Shown: piece after piece, positions 1-8,981 of the stretch
How positions within the stretch are numbered: the first letter of the stretch is position 1
Layout of the letters: each line of letters starts with the position of its first letter
DNA from: an uncultured Methanoregulaceae archaeon
Lineage (GTDB): Archaea > Halobacteriota > Methanomicrobia > Methanomicrobiales > Methanospirillaceae
DNA length: 64,000 nucleotides
Reading direction: 5' to 3'
Assembly (NCBI GenBank): GCA_963841015.1
Contig: CAWJAX010000003.1
Span: 416,001 to 480,000, forward strand
Position numbers and translations under genes: made by a program
The notes under the pieces: generated by a model
Databases searched by the model: none
The model's input: only the letters and a program-made list of their open reading frames with translations
Told to the model about the DNA's origin: nothing

Positions 1-450
1 CTCACCGACCTCATAGCGCAGTACCCCGGGATCTCTGCCCAGATCTTGGCAACAGACATTGACAAGGTTGTGCTTGCAAAAGCCCAGGAGGGCACCTATA
101 CCCAGAAGGCAATGATCAAGTTGTCTGAATCGCAAATCCACCGCCATTTCTCCAAACTCCCTGATGGGAATTACCAGGTGAAACCGCACTTAAAAGAGCT
201 GATCCGGTTCCGCCCTCACGACCTGATGAGCGGAGTACCTGCTTCGCGGTGGCTTGACATGGTCACCTGCCGGAACGTCACCATTTATTTCAACGAAAAG
301 CAGAAGGATGAACTGGTAAAAATGTTCCATGGGGCGCTGGTGTCAGGAGGTTTCTATATCATGGGCAAGACAGAATACCTGGGCCGGGCAGTGGAAGATC
401 TGTTTGAAGCGCATAATTCCCTTCAGAAAATCTACCGGAAAAAGGATTAA
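1..450 (+). CDS. cheR: Chemotaxis protein-glutamate methyltransferase CheR, C-terminal part (5' end outside window)
   Basis: Motifs ATDID, HDL, CRNVTIYF and G-K-T-E typical of the CheR SAM-binding domain; frame open from the window edge. Confidence 0.9.
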   Translation, partial: LTDLIAQYPGISAQILATDIDKVVLAKAQEGTYTQKAMIKLSESQIHRHFSKLPDGNYQVKPHLKELIRFRPHDLMSGVPASRWLDMVTCRNVTIYFNEKQKDELVKMFHGALVSGGFYIMGKTEYLGRAVEDLFEAHNSLQKIYRKKD

Positions 451-463
451 AAAAGGAGAAAGA

Positions 464-721
464 TCATCGGGTTTTTCTGCTGTCTTCATCCTTTGGACCC
501 CGTTCGAACCCTTGTATCAGGCGCTGTTGCAGTTCCTTTCTTTGTCTACGAAGCAGGATCTGGTTATACAGGGTGAAAAAATGAATGCCGATGATTATGA
601 TGACAAGAAACATGCTGACCCAGAGCATGACACCCTGAACAGAAAGGAAGGTTGCCCAGAGGAGCCCGACAAACGAGATCAGGTATAACATAATCCAGGT
701 CCGAAGTTCGGGGATCTCCAT
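464..721 (-). CDS. Small membrane protein (2 predicted TM helices), unknown function
   Basis: 85 aa ORF with two hydrophobic stretches and a charged C-tail. Confidence 0.65.
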   Translation of the reverse strand: MEIPELRTWIMLYLISFVGLLWATFLSVQGVMLWVSMFLVIIIIGIHFFTLYNQILLRRQRKELQQRLIQGFERGPKDEDSRKTR

Positions 722-792
722 GTGGATCTCATATTACCTGATCACCTAATAAAATAACCCTAAATACTATCAACGGATCGTCAGGATATTTT

Positions 793-998
793 TCCCCTGC
801 AATAATTCTCTTTAAAGAGGAGGAGAAAATGCACAGGTACGAAGAAGACGGGGACTGTACCTGTCCCCCCATACCGCCCCTGCGCCTCGCGATGATGACG
901 GAGCACCTGTTCGGGGATTATCGCATCGGGGGAGCCACAGCGGCGGGGGTGAAACCCCTTGAGCGTATAGCTGGTAATTGAGCATTTTCTCCAGAGTC
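793..998 (-). mobile_element. MITE-like repeat copy 1 (module A only, one end degenerate)
   Basis: Ends in tttctccagagtc (986-998); interior matches module A of the copies at 18364 and 49284. Confidence 0.85.
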
Positions 999-1023
999 TG
1001 AAAAGGTACATGTCCTCACCCTT

Positions 1024-1482
1024 TCATCTGCCCATTTTCTTTTTCTCAGCTTCCATATCAAGGATAATCTCAAGTTCGAGGGATTTTCCAAAAGCTTCCT
1101 GAGCTTCATCGCTTCGCCCGAGTTCATCCAGACATACTCCTTTGATATACCATGCAGCGGCATCATTCCCGTTGAGGGCGAGTGCCCGTGTGCAGGCAAA
1201 GAGTGCATCGTTATACCGTTCGAAATTGTAGAGCGCATGCCCTTTTTTTGACCAGGCATCAGCATAGTTCTGGTTGAGCTTAATTGCCTGCTCGCAATCG
1301 GCAAGTGCTTCGGTATTCCTCCCGGTCTCGATAAACACTACCGCCCGAAGATACCTGGCTTCAGGATTTTTGGGATCGAGCGACAGGGCCTTTTCGTAAT
1401 AGGTAATTGCCTCCTTGTATTTCGTGCGGCTGGCATAGGTACGCCCTTTCCTTAACAGCCCGATTACCTCATTGGTTGTCAT
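1024..1482 (-). CDS. Tetratricopeptide repeat protein
   Basis: Three to four TPR units (YKEAITYYEKALSLDP, YADAWSKKG, AAAWYIKG). Confidence 0.9.
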   Translation of the reverse strand: MTTNEVIGLLRKGRTYASRTKYKEAITYYEKALSLDPKNPEARYLRAVVFIETGRNTEALADCEQAIKLNQNYADAWSKKGHALYNFERYNDALFACTRALALNGNDAAAWYIKGVCLDELGRSDEAQEAFGKSLELEIILDMEAEKKKMGR

Positions 1483-1517
1483 GGTCGTCTCTTTTTAAGA
1501 TGCTGCATGTATCCTGT

Positions 1518-2546
1518 TCAAAGTTTTCCACCTGAACTACCTGCGGGTGATTCCTCAAAAAGATCCCCGAAAATCTTTTTTAAGGCTTTATTCTCGTACT
1601 CCCCTTTTCTTGCCTGAGCCTCCTGCAGATGTTGTGGGGATTCCCAGACAAACCAGTCTTTCATCGACATATAAGAGATAAAATGGTTCGTCATCTGCAC
1701 ACCCAGCCGGTAGATATCATGAAAATAGTCAAGACCCGGTTCTGCATTCCAGTCTATTTTTTGAAGGTACTTCTCCATGATCTCAAGCATGTTGTCGCCA
1801 AAGATCTTAGACTGGTACCACGAGGTATGTGTCCAGCGCGTGGTGAGCATCTCTTTTACCTCAAGGTGGTTGAACTTTTTCATCTGAGGGATATTGACAA
1901 CCGGCATCAGCTGATCAGCAGGAAGGGTCTTTGCGAGGTACTGGTCACGGGCATAGAACATTGACTTATTCAGAACAAAGTAGCGCCGTGGGATGACATC
2001 TTCATACTCCATCATTTCATCCATGTCCATCTTTCCCTCCTTCATGAGATAGTATAGCTGGGTTTTTCTGATCTGGGGCATACGGTGATAGACACGGGCG
2101 TTGGTTATCGGATTCCAGGGGAGTTCGTTGATATCGTCATTAAAATTGGTGTAGAGGATATTGAGCATCTGGATGAGTTTGTGGACCGGGAGTTTTTTCT
2201 CCTTTTTTGCCTCATCCTTGAGGGCATCGATATAGATCTGATGAATCCCCCGGTACACGGAATCCCCGGTAAAGGAACAGACCAGATACCGGGACTTTTT
2301 TGCCGCCGCGCCTTTGATAAGCAGGTGCACGCAGTGCCTGGCAATGATAAAATCCTTTAACAGTCCAATGTAATGCGCCGGAAAAATAATCATATTTTTT
2401 TCGATATCATAGGTATAAATATCCACCAGCATGCCGTTTGGGTCTGCTTCAGGATTGCGCAGGAGAGAGATTTCCGTGTCCAGAAGGGTTTCTGTCTGAC
2501 TGACAAAATGTCGGATAGGTTTGGACAAAGGCATATCAGTTTTCAC
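1518..2546 (-). CDS. Hypothetical protein
   Basis: 342 aa ORF with normal composition, GTG start after a GGTGA RBS; no recognised motif. Confidence 0.75.
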   Translation of the reverse strand: MKTDMPLSKPIRHFVSQTETLLDTEISLLRNPEADPNGMLVDIYTYDIEKNMIIFPAHYIGLLKDFIIARHCVHLLIKGAAAKKSRYLVCSFTGDSVYRGIHQIYIDALKDEAKKEKKLPVHKLIQMLNILYTNFNDDINELPWNPITNARVYHRMPQIRKTQLYYLMKEGKMDMDEMMEYEDVIPRRYFVLNKSMFYARDQYLAKTLPADQLMPVVNIPQMKKFNHLEVKEMLTTRWTHTSWYQSKIFGDNMLEIMEKYLQKIDWNAEPGLDYFHDIYRLGVQMTNHFISYMSMKDWFVWESPQHLQEAQARKGEYENKALKKIFGDLFEESPAGSSGGKL

Positions 2547-2843
2547 TTTTCACTCACCTGATCCCGTGCTCATGAGCTGGATACAATTCTTACCGGTTCA
2601 ATTGGCGGGATGAAACTTAATATATCTGATGAGTAGTGTTCAGCCTGCACCAGACTGACATTTCCTTAAAAAAGGAAAGGGTAGAGTTACCGAGAGGATA
2701 GGGGAAAACCAAAGAGGTTCTTTAATGTTCCCAGAGGTTCAGGAAATTTGCCTCTCCTCATATCCGGACCCTGTAATAAAAATCCTGAAATCTATTCAAT
2801 ATATTTATCTTGTTGACATCGTAAACAGACAATAAGATGTATT

Positions 2844-3032
2844 ATGGCTGACATGCTCACGGATTTGTTAATTTACATCGCTATCGGAATTATGACTTTT
2901 GCAATTGGTGCAATTCTCGGATACCAGCTCCTCGTAATGTATTATGCGAAGCGATTCATGGTAATCGCACAGGAATGTTTCGATGTCGAATCAGTGATAC
3001 CTATCATAGATGAACTCGCCAGGGAGACCTGA
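2844..3032 (+). CDS. Small single-TM protein, paralog of the next ORF
   Basis: 62 aa; N-terminal TM; aligns without gaps to 3047-3232. Confidence 0.7.
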   Translation: MADMLTDLLIYIAIGIMTFAIGAILGYQLLVMYYAKRFMVIAQECFDVESVIPIIDELARET

Positions 3033-3046
3033 GATACGGAGAGACC

Positions 3047-3232
3047 ATGGTTGACGTAGTAAGTTACACCTTAATAAGTATCACCTGCTTCTGCTTCGGA
3101 CTGATTGTCAGTTTCCAGATGGCTCACATACACTATTGCCGGAAGCTGACCGTCCTGGTGAAGCGATCTATAGCGACGAAAACAATTGCCCCGGTCCTTG
3201 TCGAATTTGAAGCAGGCAAGTCAGCAAAATAA
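3047..3232 (+). CDS. Small single-TM protein, paralog of the previous ORF
   Basis: 61 aa; GGAGA RBS; aligns to 2844-3032. Confidence 0.7.
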   Translation: MVDVVSYTLISITCFCFGLIVSFQMAHIHYCRKLTVLVKRSIATKTIAPVLVEFEAGKSAK

Positions 3233-3265
3233 TTTTTTTAAAATCCGGTTTTATACCCGCCAGAG

Positions 3266-3323
3266 GCACCCGGTAGCGTTTCTTTTTTTATCAGGTGCCC
3301 GGGGTCCGGGTGCTTTTTTTTTT
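3266..3323 (+). terminator. Hairpin plus T-tract, possible terminator
   Basis: gcacccgg (3266-3273) pairs with ccgggtgc (3306-3313), followed by T10. Confidence 0.4.
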
Positions 3324-3506
3324 AAATCCTATAAAAAGACTGGCGAATGAGGGTGTCAATGCCATCCCTTCCGAGGATCCTGAGCGACAGCATAAAACTC
3401 TCGTTACCCGACGCTGTGGCCGGATCCACAAAGCAGCAAATCGCCGTAATCGGGCCAGGGGACAACTCAAATAATTTTAATAGTAATTTCCCGATTACCT
3501 ATCACT

Positions 3507-4013
3507 ATGAAAAAATTGCTGATACTACTATTCCTATCACTTTTCGTTTACCTGGCGGGTTGTATTTCACTACCCGGTGATCCTTCCGTTACTGCTTCAA
3601 ATCAGACAATTTCTGAAAAAAATCTCCATACGGTAAACTGTAGCGTGTTCGATGCCAATAATATGCCCATGGGATACGCTTCAATAACAATTACTTATAA
3701 TTCATCAAAATACTCTGATGGTTTTATTTATGGGAGTAATCTCAGTGTTATGGTAGTAAAAACTGACGAAAATGGATACTTTTCATTACCCCTGAATAAG
3801 TCAGTACCCTATAACTTCACCGTCGCAAAACAGCAGGAGGAATTTAGTACACGATTGATTCCGACGGATGATGTGTGCCTCATAAAGCCAACCTCTCAAT
3901 TAACTTCTCCTCCCGTACCTGTCAATACGCTGACATTGCGATCCCCAACTACATTACAAGAGCTGATAAAAGGAGTAAACAAGGGAGTTGGATGGTTTAA
4001 CGGACTTTTTTAA
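3507..4013 (+). CDS. Predicted lipoprotein with a beta-sandwich (carboxypeptidase-regulatory-like) domain
   Basis: Lipobox LAGC; KTDENGYF motif; several N-x-S/T sequons. Confidence 0.7.
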   Translation: MKKLLILLFLSLFVYLAGCISLPGDPSVTASNQTISEKNLHTVNCSVFDANNMPMGYASITITYNSSKYSDGFIYGSNLSVMVVKTDENGYFSLPLNKSVPYNFTVAKQQEEFSTRLIPTDDVCLIKPTSQLTSPPVPVNTLTLRSPTTLQELIKGVNKGVGWFNGLF

Positions 4014-4415
4014 ATGGAATTGGAACAAAACAAAAAACCCGGGTGAATATCTCAGTCATTTTCCTTATAGTAATAACTATCTTGAATTTTATTGAGGAAA
4101 AATTCAATTTTTACATTACAAATTGATTACCACCATAAAGGAAATTTCATCACTAGCTGGCCTTTGCGGTAAGAACCTGATTTTTTTGCGCGCTTAGAGT
4201 TAAAAAACCAATTGGGGGCTGCTTCTTACTTGCATTTTACTAAAAGTAATTTATCATATATAATCATTTCTTTTTAAATTCTAAACTATTTTGAACGATT
4301 CTTTTGAAATAAAGGTATTAAGAACAATTAAAAGACATATAGATTTTCAACAGCCTTATTTCAATTTGGGGCAAAGAGAACATTACCGGAACATTCCGGA
4401 TTGGTGTGATGAAGT

Positions 4416-5591
4416 ATGGTAAAATATCGAATTGTAAAAGGATGTATCCTGCTCGCACTGATTTTTATGGTTACCATAGTCAGTGCTGCTGAACCGCAAG
4501 CCGACCTCAATGTCACAAAAGTGGTGAGTTCTACCAGACCTTATGCAGTTAATGACAGTGTAACATGGATTGTTACAGTCTGGAATAACGGGCCCGACGA
4601 TGCTACGAACGTAATTCTCAAAGAGGATATTTCGCAGCTTTCCGGTCACCGGGACATAACTGTTGAAGTCAGTAACGGTGCATATAATGACACAACAGGA
4701 ACCTGGACTATTCCCACGCTGGCAAACGCTTCTTCTGCCAGCCTTACGCTGGTAACAAATTTCAGTACACAAGGGAAGAAGGTAAACAGTATCAGTATTA
4801 CTGGTCAAACGCCGGCTGATTCGCTCCAGGAAAATAATAGTGCCAATTCAAGTGTGGACATATTTGACAAACTCCTCCTGTCAGCAGATCTGAAAATCAA
4901 ACCAACCACCCTGAACGTCAACAGCAAAGGTGTATTCACTGTATACGTTACTCTGAATCCATCAGAGTCCACTAAGGGGGAAAAAGTAAAACCCACGATC
5001 GATTTTGCCCGCAGCACCCTGACCTGCAGCGAGGCCGAGCTGATCAGAGCTTCAGTATCGAATAAAGAAGGCGGAACCCTGATTGCAAAGTTCTACCGCC
5101 AGGATCTCCAGAATGTCACCAACGGAACTGGTGTGAGGGTTAATTGTTCGGGAACGCTCTCGGTCGATGGTGAGAGCATCTATGTCGAAGGCAGCGACAC
5201 GATCCGTGTTATCGGAGAAAAGAAAGGACTGGATAAGATCTTTTCAGACCTGAAAAAATTCCTCAGGATTGAAAAAGATGAGGTAGAGGTTAACGAGACC
5301 GAAAACGGTAATGCAACCCTGATGGTCACGCTGAACCCTGATAGTTACAAAAATAAAGGCCAGCTCAAAAAGCAGACCGAAAATTCAAAGGATCAGTCTG
5401 TAACAAACACCGGCACCCAGGATCTCTCTGATAAAACCCGGGGACCCAAAGAGGATACCGGCAAAAATAACGATAAGGATAAAAATCTTCAGAAAAACAA
5501 TGCCGGTGATACTACCGGGAAAGGGAACACTAACGCAAACAGGTCTGACAACGAATCCACAGGAAAATCAAACGGAAAAAAGACGAAATAA
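4416..5591 (+). CDS. Secreted DUF11-domain cell-surface protein with a low-complexity charged C-tail
   Basis: Signal peptide; ADLNVTK...VTWIVTVWNNGPDDATNV is the DUF11 pattern. Confidence 0.8.
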   Translation: MVKYRIVKGCILLALIFMVTIVSAAEPQADLNVTKVVSSTRPYAVNDSVTWIVTVWNNGPDDATNVILKEDISQLSGHRDITVEVSNGAYNDTTGTWTIPTLANASSASLTLVTNFSTQGKKVNSISITGQTPADSLQENNSANSSVDIFDKLLLSADLKIKPTTLNVNSKGVFTVYVTLNPSESTKGEKVKPTIDFARSTLTCSEAELIRASVSNKEGGTLIAKFYRQDLQNVTNGTGVRVNCSGTLSVDGESIYVEGSDTIRVIGEKKGLDKIFSDLKKFLRIEKDEVEVNETENGNATLMVTLNPDSYKNKGQLKKQTENSKDQSVTNTGTQDLSDKTRGPKEDTGKNNDKDKNLQKNNAGDTTGKGNTNANRSDNESTGKSNGKKTK

Positions 5592-5671
5592 TGGGGTATT
5601 GTAACAATGAATTATCAATAATTGACAATGGATGAATTCCATTGTCTAAAATCGCATTTAGAGAGGGTTTT

Positions 5672-6244
5672 ATGCGCAATGGAAAGGGGAATGAAGAAGG
5701 GTTCACCGGTCTCGAGGCGGCGATTGTACTGATTGCATTTATCGTCGTAGCAGCGGTGTTCTCCTATGTTGTTCTGGGAGCCGGGTTCTTCACAACCCAA
5801 AAGGCCCAGGAAACAGTGTACAGGGGTATTGAACAATCTACTACAAATGTCCAGTTAGTAGGCAATGTCTACGGGTTATCCTCGAACACTACAGAAGGAA
5901 TTGACCAGATCAGATTCACGATCGGTCTTGTTCCGGGAACTCCCGCTATCAATCTGGAAAAGATGAACATTGTTGTCTCCACGCCAACCTATGGTCCGAA
6001 AATATTGGCATGGACCAATCAGAGTTCTTCAACCGTATATACGAACTTTATTGCTTTAAAAAATGGAGTTGGTTCATCTCAATCGACCATGACGTCAGGT
6101 GACCAGACGGATATACAATATAATATAACCGCAGTCCCAAGGGACACGAAAATAACTATCGAAATACGTCCTGGTCTTGGTGCTTCGTATCCGTTTTCGA
6201 AAACAACACCATCAATTATAGCCCCAAATAATGTCATCTACTAA
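5672..6244 (+). CDS. flaB: Archaellin (archaeal flagellin)
   Basis: Class III signal EEG/FTGLEAAIVLIAFIVVAAVFSYVVLGAGFF; ATG at 5672 chosen as the likely start. Confidence 0.93.
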   Translation: MRNGKGNEEGFTGLEAAIVLIAFIVVAAVFSYVVLGAGFFTTQKAQETVYRGIEQSTTNVQLVGNVYGLSSNTTEGIDQIRFTIGLVPGTPAINLEKMNIVVSTPTYGPKILAWTNQSSSTVYTNFIALKNGVGSSQSTMTSGDQTDIQYNITAVPRDTKITIEIRPGLGASYPFSKTTPSIIAPNNVIY

Positions 6245-6276
6245 TTTTTTATGAAGAATCAGGCAGGTGAAGGGAT

Positions 6277-6486
6277 ATGTCGAGCGATAGTAAACATGAA
6301 ATTCTAATCCGGCATGTTAATTGGAACTTCCAAAGAGCGAGGGTCTGGTTCTGGCCAATTGTTAGTGGCTTTACCATTTTTTTTGGGTTATTTGCCGGGG
6401 TAGAGGGAGCATTTGTTGGTTTTTTCTACGGGCTCGTTTGCGCGGGATTTCTTCTCTATGAAAGTTTACCTGTGAATAAAAGGTGA
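6277..6486 (+). CDS. Small 2-TM membrane protein, paralog of 25895-26140
   Basis: Shared WFWPIV...GAFxGFFYGLVCxGFLLxESL; GGTGA RBS. Confidence 0.75.
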   Translation: MSSDSKHEILIRHVNWNFQRARVWFWPIVSGFTIFFGLFAGVEGAFVGFFYGLVCAGFLLYESLPVNKR

Positions 6487-6567
6487 GATAGATCAAAAAG
6501 TCAAAAATCATTAATCTGGTGATTCCAAAATATCATCCACCCCCGAGCAGGGAGTAAGGTGGTGAGA

Positions 6568-6745
6568 GTGAACCTGGTTTGAAGTAACCCAACATACCCA
6601 GTCAGAAGAGGCAGATGAAGACTATTACGAAAGATGGGGATACGTGAGACATTCACTCAATGTCCAGATTGCAAGGGAGAACGCGTTTGGAAAGATACAA
6701 CGAGGTCTCTACAAATGTTACCTCTGTCGAAAGGAGTGGAGCTGA
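6568..6745 (+). pseudogene. Decayed IS1595-like transposase N-terminal zinc-ribbon fragment
   Basis: With three frame corrections reads MNL-FEVTQHTQSEEADEDY-RKMGIRETFTQCPDCKGER-GKIQRGLYKCYLCRKEWS; GGTGGTGA RBS before the GTG. Confidence 0.55.
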
Positions 6746-6762
6746 ATTTCTGGGAGGATCAC

Positions 6763-8532
6763 TCAGTCATTTTCCTTATAGTAATAAAATTCACCCAATC
6801 CCTTTTGTTCCCGGTCAAGGAACGATCCGGGTTTGTTGATCCGGGGTCTCCCGCTCTGGTCCCTGCGGAACGTAACCTCAAGCACCTCGAGGAAACGGTT
6901 CATTCCTTCCCTCATCTTAAACGGTCCGGCTGCGGTTCCCTGCCTGCCCGGTTCCCCTTCAAAGACTAAAATCCGCTCACTGATCATATCGATGAGATAA
7001 ATATCATGATCAATCACCATGATGCCGACAGACCTGCCCTCGGCATGGTGTTTGATCATCCTTGTTACCTTGACCCGTTGTTCAACATCAAGATGGGCAC
7101 TGGGTTCATCGAGTATATAGAGGTCGGCATCCTTCGAAAGGCACCCTGCGATAGACACCCTCTGCAGCTCTCCTCCACTCAGGGAATCAACCGGTGACTG
7201 GAGAATTGCTTCAAGGGAGAGTGATTCAATAATCTCATGCTGATAGAGTGAAGAATCAAACTTTGTGGTGCGCTGGCGGAGGTACATTTCGACAGTATCA
7301 GAGGTGTCTGCCTTGATATACTGGGGTTTGTAAGAGATACGGAGGGAGGTTTCGATTTTTCCTGTCGTGGGAGTTTCATCACCGGCGAGGAGCCGGGCAA
7401 ATGTGCTCTTGCCCATTCCATTCGCTCCAACAACCCCCAGCACTTCTCCGGCCCTGATCGTTCCACCGTTCACTGACAGGTGGAAGGAATCATAGCTTTT
7501 GGTCATTGACGGGATCTCAAAGAGGATTTCCCGTTCCGATCCTTTATCGTGAGCCCGTTTTTCAAAGACAACTGCGGTGTCCCGGAACCGCACGTTCTCT
7601 TCCACGAGGAAACCCTCAAGGTACTGGTTAATTCCGACTCGGACGCCTTTGGGGCGGGTGATGATACCAAAGACTGCCGGTTTCCCATAGCCTACATGCA
7701 CCGTATCTGCGAGCATGTCAAGAATCGCGAGATCATGCTCGACAAGTACTACGGGGCGCTGCGTGGCCAGCTCACGGATCAGCTTGGCAGCGGCAATCCG
7801 CTGGTAAATATCCAGAAAAGGAGTAATTTCATCAAAGAAATACAGATCTGCATCCCGTGCAAGACAGGCTGCGATCGCAACCCTCTGCAGTTCACCGCCG
7901 CTCAATGTCCGGATATCATGGTCCAGAATCATGTCGAGCTTGAGCACCGGAAGGATTTCTGCAAGTTTATTCCGCTCGTCGGTTGTCTGTAACAATTTCC
8001 TGACCGTGCCGGAAAAAACATTGGGAATATAATCGATATACTGCGGTTTAGACGCAATCTTTAAGATCTTTTTTGAAACGGTCTGGAGATAATCAAAGAG
8101 CTCGGTACCGGAATATCGTTTGAAGATCTCTTCCCATGCAACTTCGGTATCAAAGTTCCCGAGATTCGGGCGGAGCTGGCCGGAGAGGATTTTGACGGCT
8201 GTACTCTTACCGATACCGTTTGCCCCGAGAATACCCGTCACTTTTCCCTCAACCGGTATCGGGAGGCCGTAGAGGGCAAACCCGTTTTTCCCATACCGGT
8301 GAGTCGGGTGTTCGAGCTCTTCTGGCAGGCTTACAATATCAATTGCATCAAACGGGCACTTCTTGATACAGATACCACACCCGACACAGAGCTCCTCAGA
8401 GATAAGTGCCTTGCCATCCTCGCCAATGACAACGGTCTCGTCCCCGGTCCGCACCCGCGGGCAGTAGAGAATACACTCGGTACCGCACTTTTTTGCATGG
8501 CAGCGGTCTTTGTGGACAATCGCGATTCTCAT
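6763..8532 (-). CDS. rli: Ribosome recycling ATPase ABCE1/RLI
   Basis: N-terminal Fe-S cysteine motifs and two ABC domains (GANGIGKST, LSGGELQR). Confidence 0.97.
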   Translation of the reverse strand: MRIAIVHKDRCHAKKCGTECILYCPRVRTGDETVVIGEDGKALISEELCVGCGICIKKCPFDAIDIVSLPEELEHPTHRYGKNGFALYGLPIPVEGKVTGILGANGIGKSTAVKILSGQLRPNLGNFDTEVAWEEIFKRYSGTELFDYLQTVSKKILKIASKPQYIDYIPNVFSGTVRKLLQTTDERNKLAEILPVLKLDMILDHDIRTLSGGELQRVAIAACLARDADLYFFDEITPFLDIYQRIAAAKLIRELATQRPVVLVEHDLAILDMLADTVHVGYGKPAVFGIITRPKGVRVGINQYLEGFLVEENVRFRDTAVVFEKRAHDKGSEREILFEIPSMTKSYDSFHLSVNGGTIRAGEVLGVVGANGMGKSTFARLLAGDETPTTGKIETSLRISYKPQYIKADTSDTVEMYLRQRTTKFDSSLYQHEIIESLSLEAILQSPVDSLSGGELQRVSIAGCLSKDADLYILDEPSAHLDVEQRVKVTRMIKHHAEGRSVGIMVIDHDIYLIDMISERILVFEGEPGRQGTAAGPFKMREGMNRFLEVLEVTFRRDQSGRPRINKPGSFLDREQKGLGEFYYYKEND

Positions 8533-8554
8533 GAAAATCCCAAAAAAGATTTGA

Positions 8555-8932
8555 TCAGGGTGCCGGGGATAATGAGGTCAACAGGATCGTCCATGTCATG
8601 AACCAGAATGCAAAGGTCATGAATCCCTGGTAAAACCAGTCTTTTGCACCCAGTTTTGAGGTGTCCATGCCAAGGAGCTTGAAGATGTGTTTCTGGACGA
8701 CTACCCCTGCAAGCATCAGCATGAACCCCAGAAATCCGTTTTCCTGCAGTCCGGCTATATTGGGAGTTCCACCGGACCAGTACGAGAGGATACCCGTTAA
8801 AATACCCAGCAGGGACGCGACAAGTGTCCGTTTAATGCGGGCAATATGTTCCGCCTGTTTATCTGCCTTGGTTTTTTCTTTTTTTGTCAGGGCAGGCTTT
8901 TCTTCAATTATTTCTTCACTCATCCCCATCAC
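8555..8932 (-). CDS. Archaeal EMC6-like membrane protein
   Basis: Three TM helices; KDWFYQGFMTFAFWFMTWTILL C-terminus; typical position next to ABCE1. Confidence 0.7.
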   Translation of the reverse strand: MMGMSEEIIEEKPALTKKEKTKADKQAEHIARIKRTLVASLLGILTGILSYWSGGTPNIAGLQENGFLGFMLMLAGVVVQKHIFKLLGMDTSKLGAKDWFYQGFMTFAFWFMTWTILLTSLSPAP

Positions 8933-8981
8933 CAGTAGTCTTATTTTTTAGTGCGCAAGCCATATGTAATTTGGTACATTC

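Noticed and set aside
6634-6969. 111-aa ORF as a real gene
   Set aside because: Its 3' two-thirds is antisense to ABCE1; only the 5' part is meaningful, as a piece of the transposase relic.
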